Shown here: one piece after another, positions 53,536-64,000 of the stretch | Position numbering within the stretch: position 1 is the stretch's first letter | Layout of the letters: each line of letters opens with the position of its first letter | From: Octopus vulgaris | Taxonomy: Eukaryota | Reading direction: 5' to 3' | DNA length: 64,000 bases | Assembly: GCA_951406725.2 (NCBI GenBank) | Contig: OX597837.1 | Location: forward strand, 20,336,001-20,400,000 | Program-made: the position numbers and the translations under genes | Notes under the pieces: generated by a model | Databases searched by the model: none | What the model saw: only the letters and a program-made list of their open reading frames with translations | Told to the model about the DNA's origin: nothing

Positions 53536-54083
53536 TATATATGGGGCTGGCCAGATTGGAGCAATATTAAGATTAATCAGCCGAAATTGCGAGGATGATG
53601 CGGTTCTTGACTGAGGATAAAAGGCTTCGAATGTTCTTTTTTTTTTTTGCATCGTCTATCTGGATGTTTTGTTGTCCCTTTTTGTATCACCTAGTTGTCC
53701 GGATGTTTTGCGTTCTTGTCCGATTTTGTATTTTATATATATATATAAGAGGCGCAATGGCCTAGTGGTTAGGGCAGCGGACTCGCGGTCGCAGGATCGC
53801 GGTTTCGATTCTCAGACCGGGCGTTGTGTGTGTTTATTGAGCGAAAACACCTAAAAGCTCTACGAGGCTCCGGCAGGGGGGGGGTCCCTGCTGTACTCTT
53901 TCACCACAATGGCGGTGCCCCAGCATGGCCACAGCTCAAGAGCTGAAACTGGAAAAACAAAAACAAACAAACAAATATAAGTATCTGTGTGTATTTATCC
54001 ACCCCCATCTCTATTGACAACTTGTGTTGGTGTATTTACGTCATTGAAACCTAGCAGTTCGACAAAAGAAACATAAAAAATAA

Positions 54084-54932
54084 CGATCTTTTAAATTTTG
54101 CACAATAATACACTTGACCAAACTGAATTGCTGGAATTATTTCACTTTTTCCAGAAAAATGTTTTTAAAAAGTTATAGAGGTTTAAAGTTTGATCATTTT
54201 CACCCAGTCGGGAAACAGGATTTGGAAGCAGTCGTTGTCGTCAACATCCTGAAAATAGCAAATATTGTCAATATTTGTAAACAACACGCTTTAGGTCTCC
54301 GTTAATTTTCTTTCATGTAAATAAATCTTATTTAGCTGTTATTTTTAGCACAAAAGTTCTCTGGTAATTTTCTTTCAGGTAAATAAATGTTTATGTTAAT
54401 TTAAAGGAGAAAAACAGTTTAAAATCTCTGAGCGAGATGTTGGCAAATAAACTTTAATTTGAAAGATTTATCCAAAATATCTTATTTAGCTGTTATTTTT
54501 AGCACACCCCACAACCACCTCAATGCTTAATGACAAAAAGAAACAATTTGAATATGCTTAAAAAACAAACATTTAACTTTCGGTTTTAATTTTTAAAATA
54601 TCTTCCTCAGTTTTCAATGTTTCCATAATAGAAGTTACTGGAGATTGCTGCCATAATCACACAGGATTATTACGCTGAGAGACAAAGAAGTTCTCATTTT
54701 CCGCTTCTTACTATCGAAACAGGCATGAATGTGTCTGTGGCTTACGATTGGCTAAAATTACCAAAATTTTCAACTTTGTAATTGCTAATAACTCTTTATT
54801 TATTGATTTATAGCGAAAATTACTTCCATGTCATTAATTAGCCTATAAAAGTGTATCATTACACTGAATATGAAATCAATTCGAACTGAAAATTGACGTT
54901 CACAGCCCCTGGCAGCCAAACAGAAAAGATCC
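54084..54932 (+). mobile_element. Non-autonomous DNA transposon (MITE-like), copy 2, inserted inside a SINE-A
   Basis: Homologous to 12056-12768. The right end GGCAGCCAAACAGAAAAGATCC matches the left end GATCTTTT. SINE-A sequence resumes at 54933. Confidence 0.65.
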
Positions 54933-55010
54933 CAAATAAGTCCTAGGGCCACATTAAGGTGTGCTCCAGCATGGCCGCAGTAAAATGCCTGAAACAAGTA
55001 ACAGAATATA

Positions 55011-55390
55011 TACCGTAAATACTCGAGTATAATCCATATAAAATACCTTAAGCTAAGCCTGAAAGCAATGAAGTCATAAAAGAATCACCCATAACTTGCA
55101 GTAAGCAACATTTATTAAACGTTATTATGGTTATTACTGTTATTTCTTTATTTTCTGCAAACAAAATGCACAAAAAAGCTACACGTTTGCATTATGTTAT
55201 ATATACAATAATAATAAAGGACGTTACTGTATACATTTTTACAAACCAAGGACGTTATATAGAACTCCTTGACTCAAGTTAGAGAAGAGGTGCGTATTAT
55301 ACACAAGGTTTAGGTTTTTCAGAGGTACAGCCCCTAAAAATCCTCTGCGTATTATACTCAAGGGCTGACTATACTTGAGGATTTACAGTA
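55011..55390. mobile_element. Tc1/mariner-superfamily (pogo/Tigger-type) MITE
   Basis: TA-CCGTAAATACTCGAGTATAATC at the left end and GACTATACTTGAGGATTTACAG-TA at the right end: ~22-bp imperfect TIRs with a TA TSD. Confidence 0.8.
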
Positions 55391-55478
55391 CATGTATGTA
55401 TGTATATACAGAGAGCGACACAGACGTATGTATACAATTTTAGTTAAACACCCACCCACCGAGATACACACACACTTA

Positions 55479-55517
<39 letters not shown>

Positions 55518-55760
55518 TGGTCATAAATGAAAATCTAGTTTCGACGTCGCACCCTGCTCTGGCTGTCAATAAAGCATTGACCGTCATACATGAGTGGTCA
55601 CAATTCTGCTACTTCATACAGCGACAATCAAACCGATAAGATCTTTGATTTTGAGATCCGTGTCAAGTGCAAACAGATTACCGACATTTTCATTCGCCAC
55701 CTCTTTCATTCTCTCTTTCTCTCTTCCCACTGCCATCACTCTCTCTCACTCTCTCACTCA

Positions 55761-55800
<40 letters not shown>

Positions 55801-55874
55801 TACTTTATTTCACTTCCTCACTCTCACTCTATCTATTTATATATTTAGCTCTCTGTCTGTCTATGTGTGTGCGT

Positions 55875-55905
<31 letters not shown>

Positions 55906-56054
55906 GATACGTATATTATATGCATGTGTATTTGCATTTATATATACTTCTGTGTGTGTGTGTGTGTATGTATACATACGTACATATATATATATATACA
56001 TACATATATATATATGTGTGTGTGTGTGTTTGTGTATGTGTGTGTGTTTGTGTG

Positions 56055-56450
56055 TAGGAGTGGCTGTGTGATATGTAGCTTGCTTACCAACCACATGGTT
56101 CCGAGTTCAGCCCCACTCATTGGGCAAGTGTCTTCTACTATAGCCTCGGGTTGACCAAAGCCTTGTGAGTGGATTTGGTAGACAGAAGCCCGTCGTGTGT
56201 GTGTGTGTGCGCGTGTGTGTGTGTGTGTGTGTGTGCGTGTCTGTCTGTCTGTCTGTCTGTGTGTCTGTGTCTGTGTTTGTTCTCCCAACATCGCTTGGCA
56301 ACCGATGCTGGTGTATTTACATCCCCGTTACTTAGTAGTTCGCCCGACAAAGCACTAGGCTTGCAAAGAATAAGTCCTGGGGTCGATTTGGTCGACTGAA
56401 GGCGGTGCTCCAACATAGCCGCAGTGACTGAAACAAGTAAAAGAATAAAA
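56055..56450 (+). mobile_element. SINE family A
   Basis: Family motifs. Confidence 0.85.
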
Positions 56451-58221
56451 TAATATATGCGCATGATTGAATGCGCTCGGCGGGCAAACAACCAGTCTCT
56501 TGGGTTTTCTTATTAAAAGCACAATTAATGTCAGGCTGAAAGAAAAGAACGACATGGCGGCAGTGCAGTAGTGAATTACAAACGTTTAGGTTTCGACTCT
56601 CATCTTTCGTGTTAGTCTTCTTTAATCTTGTTCTCTGAGACCAAAAGCACCAACTTTTCCAACGGAGATCGATCTGATTCATTTGCCATCTTGACCCAGA
56701 CGTCTTCGAGCGTTTGAGGTTACTGGCATGCATGGCGCTAGTTTATATCGTTTCTACTCTAGGCACAAGGCCCGAAATTTTTGGGAAGGGGCCGGTCGAT
56801 TAGATCGACCCCAGTACACAACTTATATGTATGAATATATTTCTTTTATTCTTTTACATGACTGCAGCCATGCTAGAACAGAACAAATAGATCCCAAAAC
56901 TTTTTTTTAAAGTCCATCGTCTCTTTCGCTGAACCGCTAATTTACGGGAACGTAATCACACCAACACCGGTTTTCAAGCAGTGATGGTGGGACAAACAGA
57001 GACACAAACACACACACTCACACACAAAGCAAGCAAAGTATCTAGTTCTAAAAATCTCTATGAGAGATGCAAGTAGTAACTCTATTGAAAAGTAGCGGTT
57101 TTTACCTCCTCAACGTGGTTGTTCCGTACGGAACAATGTTACAACTCTTTTTTAACCCCAGGAGGACACCTCTTGGTAACAACCATTGCTTTTCAGTAGA
57201 GTTGCAACTTGCATCTCTGATAAAGATTTTTAGAACTAGTTACTTTGTCCACTTACTCGTTTGTGTATGTGCCTCCTTCCCAGGCTTGACAACCGGTGTG
57301 ACAATGTTTATGACGGATTCCTTTCAGTTTCCATTCACAAGGCTTTGGTTAACCCGAGGCTATAGTAGAAGACACTTGCCCAAGGTGCCACGCAGTAGGA
57401 CTGAACCCGGAACCATGTGGTTCGTAAGCAAGCTACTTACCACACACAGCCACTCCTACGCCTATGTTGATGAGCGTTTTCAGAGTATCCTGTTCAGAGA
57501 GAAAGAGAGATAGAGATAGAGGGTGAGGGAGGGAGAGGGAGATAGAGAAAGAGAGATAGAGATAGAGGGTGAGGGAGGGAGAGGGAGATAGAGAAAGAGA
57601 GACAGAGACAGACAGACAGACAAATACTTGCAAGCTGTGCACATAACGAAGGCATGTTTTCTGCCCTTGTGATTTTAACTTGGGAAGAAAATTGGGACAA
57701 CTGGGCGCAGCGCTTGCGTAATGCTTCATCAACTTTGAAAGGGTGAAGAGTAAAGCTGACCTTGACGGGAGTCGAATTTAGAATGCAGAAAGCCGGAACA
57801 AATACTCCAAGAAGTAAGCGAGTATTGGCAATAAGAAGGAAAGAGAGAGAAAGGGAGATAAAGAGAGAGAGAATGAGTGAGTGAGTATGAGGAGAGAGAG
57901 AGAGATATAATGGAAAGTTAAAATGTCTCTAATGCAGGAAGTGCGATATTCAAAGCTGACGCGTTGTATTTTGGTGGTTAGGGAACGGCAGAGACATCAG
58001 ATACATTTATATCATGAACACCAAATGCTACCTACACACACACACACACTCTCTCTCTCTCTCTCTCAATGTAGTTAAAATTACTTATAAAATAGGATGT
58101 ACGCCTACAGTGCAAAAAAAAAGTAAAAAGAAAAAGAAAAGTGATCTTTATCTTTTACTCGTTTCACTCATTGGCCTGCAATCATGCTGGGCTAATTTGC
58201 CTTGAAAACTTTATATATATA

Positions 58222-58612
58222 TCTCTTTTACTCTTTTACTTGTTTCAGTCATTTGACTGCGGCCATGCTGGAGCACCGCCTTTAGTGCAGCAAATCGACA
58301 CCAGGACTTATTCTCTGTAAGCCTAGTACTTATTCTATCGGTCTCTTTTGCCCAACCGCTAAGTTACGGGTACACCAGTATCGGTTGTCAAGCGATGTTG
58401 GTGGGATAAACAGTGACAGACAAGCATATACACACACATACATATATACATATATACGACGGGCTTCTTTCAGTTTCCATCTACCAAATCCACTCACAAG
58501 GGTCGGCCCGACGCTATAGTAGAAGACACTTGCCCAAGGTGCCATGCAGTGGGACTGAACCCGGAACCATGTGGTTAGGAAGCAAGCTACTTACCAAACA
58601 GCCACTCCTGCA

Positions 58613-58614
<2 letters not shown>
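58222..58614 (-). mobile_element. SINE family A
   Basis: Family motifs. Confidence 0.88.
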
Positions 58615-58654
<40 letters not shown>

Positions 58655-58734
58655 AATACATAGAGAATCCACTTATAGGGATTCTACGAGCTAGATTGAA
58701 TGTTTTAACTTTAATTAAATTCCATTTTCCTTTG

Positions 58735-58806
<72 letters not shown>

Positions 58807-59125
58807 TCGGAGAATTCGACACCGATATTCAATTTTAAAGTTTAGTATTTTATTCTATCGGTTTTGCAACCTCGGAAAGTCTCAGAGAAAAATGCTTGGC
58901 GGTAGTTCAGCAAAAGAGACCGATAAAACAAGCATCAGGCTAGTCCTGGGTTCGATTCATTCGACTAACAGATCTTCAAGACAGTTTCCCATCATGGCCG
59001 CAGTCTAATGACTGAAACACGTTAAAAGGGTTAAAATTCATCTCACCAGTTATATCTTAGGCATTTTTAACCGACGATCTATCGGTAAATTTCAAACAAA
59101 ACTCGGTCTCTCGTCGTCTTAAGTT

Positions 59126-59273
59126 ACTCTTTTAATTGTTTCACTCATTTGACTGCGGCCATGCTGGAGCACCGCCTTTAAGTCGAGCAAATCGACACCA
59201 AGGACTTATTCTTTGTAAGCCTAGTACTTATTCTATCGGTCTCCTATGTCGAACCGCTAAGTTACGGGGACGT

Positions 59274-59352
<79 letters not shown>

Positions 59353-59520
59353 CATACATATATTCGATGGGCTTCTTTCAGTTTCCGCCTACCAAATCCA
59401 CTCACAAGGCTTTGGTCGGCCCGAGGCTATAGTAGAAGACACTTGCCCAAGGTGCCACGCAGTGGGACTGAACCCGGGACCATGTGGTTGGTAAGCAAGC
59501 TACATACCACACAGCCATCC
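59126..59520 (-). mobile_element. SINE family A
   Basis: Family motifs; neighbouring fragments at 58900-59030, 59565-59645 and 59670-59795. Confidence 0.88.
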
Positions 59521-59831
59521 TTTTACCATGTTTCGAAGATGTGACACAAGCATGTTTTATTTGACGAAGGTTCCGCGCAATGAGACGAAACTCAACTTAT
59601 ACGATCGGGAAGCAACTTTCTTACCACACAGCCACGCCTGCGCCCAAGAATTTTAGTGGTTCGGTATAAGTGACCGATAGAATAAGTACTCGGGTTACAA
59701 AAAATAAATCCTGGGGTCGATTTGTTCGACTAAAAAGCGGTGCTCCAGCATGGCCGCAATCAAATGACAGAAACAACTAAAAGAGAGTAAAAGATTATAT
59801 ATATATACACACATATATATATATATATATA

Positions 59832-60960
59832 GTCAATTAAAAAACACACAGAAAAAGAAAAAAACAAACGTTTGGACGTGGCACGAGCAATGTATTAATA
59901 AGACGCTCGGAGAAGGAAAAGAGTTGAAGTTTTACGTTTCAAGCATAGCTCTTCTTCGGAAACGGGAAGAAACAGGAAAATCCAAGACGGAGGAAAATAA
60001 ATCGCCAACAATCACGTGGAATTATATTTTTAAAGTAAGTGACTGGAAGTAGGAATGAAGAAAAATGCTTTCTGAAACAGTAGTGTGCGAAAATGGTCAG
60101 TATACGTTTGCACATGCGAGCGTGCGTGTGTGTGTGTGTGTAGTACCGTGGAGTAGTGTGAAGTGTGTGTGGTAGCGTGTGTATGTATGGTAGCGTGTGT
60201 GTGTGTGTGGTAGCGTATGTGTGTAGTTTTAATTGTGTGTGTGTTTATATTTGTGTGTGTATGTGTGTGGAGTAGCGTATGTGTGTGGTTTTAATTGTGT
60301 GTGTGTGTCCACAACATCGCTTGACAATCGCTGCTGGTGTGTCTGAAAGACCAACAGCTATTGTGACAGGTGTGTGAATGTGTGGGTGTGGCAGTACGTG
60401 ATTTTGTGCGCGAGAGAGTTTGCGTGTGCGCGTAGATTGAAGGGTCAATGATGGGTCAGCGGCGGTCAGATTTGGTGCATTTATATCCCCGAGATTTAGC
60501 AGTTCTGTGAAGATAGACTAAGAATACTGAAATAAGAAGCAGGCTTTATAAAAATAGTTCTGAGTTCGTTTTGTTCCACTGAAACCTTTGAAGGCGGTGC
60601 CCCAGTATGGCCGCAGTCTAATGACTGAAACAAGTAAAAGATAAAGAAAGATAAGATACATTTACCAAGCGACACTAATAACAGGATTATGAACGACTCG
60701 TAGGATTAAAAAGTATTGGCCGCCTCGTTTAGCTCGTGGACACGTGTAGAGAGGAGGTGGGAAGATGAGTGATGCGGGAGAGGGTGAGGGGAATCGATGA
60801 ATTAAACTGACCAGCAAATCGCTGGTCGAAGTATTCAACGCTTGACCGCTTCCTTTCAAATGTCAGGGTGGCCAATTTGGAAATGGAATGTGGAAAGGGG
60901 AATTGACTTAAAAGTGAAATGTATCCATTCGAAAAACCTGTTGCTGGTTAAAGCTTCCAC
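59832..60960 (-). mobile_element. Probable PLE 3' region (pLTR with an HHR-like motif at 59929-59963), interrupted by SINE-A pieces
   Basis: Reverse complement GTTT-CCGAAGA-A-GAGC(TAT)GCTT-GAAA-CG-TA-AAAC; the flanks resemble 44940-45115. It ends at (TA)n. Confidence 0.5.
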
Positions 60961-61679
60961 GCCGGTTGTCTGCTAAGAAGTTTGTTTCTCAACCACGTGC
61001 TTTCAGGGTCAGTCACACACACACACACACACACAAACATACACACACACAGACAAATATAAACACACACACACGCTACCATACATACACACGCTACCAC
61101 ACACACTTCACACTACTACACGGTACTACACACACACACGCACGCGTGCATGTGCAAACGTACACACACACACACACTCATACATACATACACACGCATA
61201 TGGTACACATACACACACTCATCCACACGCATATGGTACACACACTCATCCACACGCATGTGGTACACACACATACACACTTATATACGCACATACATAA
61301 ACTGACACACACACACGCGCACACAGTGCTTGGTTCGTCTTCACTATTTTACCGCCGTCTCTTTGTGCTGCTTCTGCGTTGTCAGTGACATTCCTGATTT
61401 TCCATCCATGACCTCTCAGATGACTATTCAGTCTCGTTGTGGATCTGCAAGGTGCATACTTATACATACATAGACAGATCTGTATTGTGCACACATGTAC
61501 ATACGCTTGCATGCATGCATGCATGCATACATACATACATACATAGATACATATACAAACATGCACGCACACACACGTACATTTGTGCGCGCGTGTGTGT
61601 GTGTGTGCACAATCATACCTACATGTACACGCATGCATATATATGTACATCATATATACATATATATGAGCGTGTGTGT

Positions 61680-62045
61680 GAGGCTGTTTGGTAAGAAGCT
61701 TGCTTCCAACCACGTGGTTCCGGGTTCAGTCTCACTGCGTGACATCTTGGGCAAGTGTCTTCTACTATAACCTCGGGCCGACCAAAGCCTCGTGAGTGGA
61801 TTTGGTAGACGGAAACTGAAAGAAGCCCATATCATATATATGTGTGTGTGTGTCTACGTGTCTGTGTTTGTGCCCCTACCGGTGCTTGATAGCCGGTGTT
61901 GGTGTGTTTGCATCCCCGTAACTTAGCGGTTCGGTAAACAGACCGAAAGAATAAGTACCAGGCTGTCGACTCAAAAAAAGAAAATTCAAGGTGGTGCATT
62001 AGACTGCATGGCCACAGTCTAATGACTGAAACAAGCAAAAGAACA
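61680..62045 (+). mobile_element. SINE family A
   Basis: Family motifs. Confidence 0.85.
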
Positions 62046-62199
62046 CCTACACACACACACACACACACACACACATATCTTTTAAATTCGTTTATGATAA
62101 CGTTAGGAGTATACAAATAAAGCTTCTATTTCGTTATGTCGGCAACCATCTAATGATACTGAATAGTCAGTTTTAATGTAGGATAAATGTAATAATTAT

Positions 62200-62422
62200 T
62201 ATAATAATTCTAGGAGAGAATTCATAAATATTTGATACAACGCTACGCGCGTTTCCACAAATCACATGATTTTGACATCAGAAACCGTATCCTTGGGATG
62301 AATATACTCATCCCAAGGATACGGATGAGTACGGTATACTCATCCCAAGGACTCTGATGTTAAAGTCATGGGATTTGTGGAAACGCGCGTAGCGATGCAT
62401 TTAATATTTATAAATTTCATCC

Positions 62423-62430
<8 letters not shown>
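62200..62430. repeat. Nested fold-back: ~80-bp inverted arms around an inner 40-bp palindrome, beside (ATT)n
   Basis: 62200-62282 pairs with 62353-62430. The inner palindrome CCGTATCCTTGGGATGA-ATATAC-TCATCCCAAGGATACGG spans 62285-62324. Confidence 0.88.
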
Positions 62431-62496
<66 letters not shown>

Positions 62497-62645
62497 CACA
62501 GGGGTTGACAAGTTCAAAAGAAGCAATATCCGGCTCGAATAGATAACTAAGTCTGGGAGTGAATTAACAATATTATAATTGTTAGACCGAAAGAATATGT
62601 CGTTGGACTTGCGACTATAAATAATATATATGCATATACATATAC

Positions 62646-62723
<78 letters not shown>

Positions 62724-62739
62724 GTGCGCTTGCGTATGT

Positions 62740-63277
62740 TTGCATACATACCCACACACTCGCATGCATCCCTACCCACATACATACACGCACACCTACT
62801 CACACACACACATACACACACACACATACCCGCACACACACACACATACATACATACACACACATACCCACTTCAGACATACACACACACAGACATACAC
62901 CCATACACCCACACTCACACGCATACACACACACACATACACACGCACACGTACACATACACACACACACACACCTACATACATACATTACACTTGTATA
63001 CACACACACTTACATTCATACACACACACACCTACACAGCCATACCCTCACTCAGACACACACATCTACCTACACACACACACAAACACACACTGACACA
63101 CACCCATACATACATACATCTACACACTCACGCCTACACACATACATACACACATACATAAACACACACACATACACATACACATACACACATACGCACA
63201 CACGCATATACTTATACACATGCACACACACACACATACATACATACACCCATATACATACACACACACATACCTAC
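62740..63277. repeat. Degenerate (CA)n-rich tract
   Basis: Read directly from the sequence. Confidence 0.95.
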
Positions 63278-63399
63278 ATGGGGGGGTAGGACAACTATTT
63301 AGGAGAAGATATGCAAAAACTCATGATGGTGTATCTTTCTCATTTTTGCAGATTTAACGCATTGTAGCAGCTCCAGCAGTGGATTTGGTAAAATTGAAA

Positions 63400-64000
63400 C
63401 ATGGCCGGTCATGAAGTTCCTCTATTTGCCAAGCAAAAGAGCAGTGGAAATCCATGACAAGATGAAGGAAATCTTAAAGCATGGCTGCTCATCTAACTCC
63501 ACAGTGAAAATCTGAGTGTCAAGGATTTAGACTGGTCATTTGAAGGCCACAGATGAACCCTGGTCATGACGGCCAACCTCTGCGACCACAGAGGACAAAA
63601 CCAACGCTGTGCACATTTCTGCAAAATGCGCCCCGGAGAACCTGAACGCTGATCAGAAGCATATTAGAGTGACGACATCAAAGGCGATTTTGGACCGGTT
63701 TGCTGCAGGAGATGCTGATTTTATGGCTCATTTCATCACCCTGGATGAAACTTGGCTTCATCATTATGATCCCCCGACCAAGCAGCTATCAATGAAGTGC
63801 TGCCACAGCGGTTCACCGCCTCCCAAGAACTTTCGGACCCAGAAGCCAGCTGGAAAGCTTCAGTGTTTTGGGACAAAGACAGAGTACTCATAAAATACCT
63901 GTTAAGCAGTCATACCATCAACGCTGAATGCTACATGTCTCTGTTGGACGAATTTCGTGAAGATTTGAAGCAGAAACGCCGAGAAAAGCTGAGCCGTGGT
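63400..64000 (+). pseudogene. Mariner transposase relic (runs off the window end)
   Basis: VMKFLYL..AVEIHDKMKEI (HTH), RPTSATT, ISAKCAPENLNADQK (WVPHEL-like), FITLDETWLHHYDPPTKQLS..PPKNFRTQKPAGK, FWDK and HTINAECY, with stops and frameshifts. Confidence 0.88.

Overview
This is eukaryotic, AT-rich, repeat-saturated DNA, probably intergenic or intronic. The SINE families and microsatellite load resemble an octopus (coleoid cephalopod) genome; this is recognition by eye, not a database result. I found no convincing host protein-coding exon, and almost all ORFs in the track are microsatellite or SINE artefacts. The window holds: a near-complete but disabled R4/Dong-type non-LTR retrotransposon (RT plus restriction-like endonuclease) sitting in (AAT)n; a second, older R4/Dong copy; a heavily deleted Gypsy LTR relic; two mariner transposase relics; MITE-like elements; roughly 40 copies or fragments of three to four tRNA-derived SINE families; and many Penelope-like element (PLE) remnants. 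The most interesting signal is a set of about ten minimal type-I hammerhead-ribozyme (HHR)-like motifs in PLE termini. They have palindromic stem III and some carry the U3-A8 covariant core. There are also five short fold-back palindromes next to (TA)n/(ATT)n tracts, three with an inversion point at or next to an HHR-like motif, and one head-to-head junction of two HHR-bearing termini.
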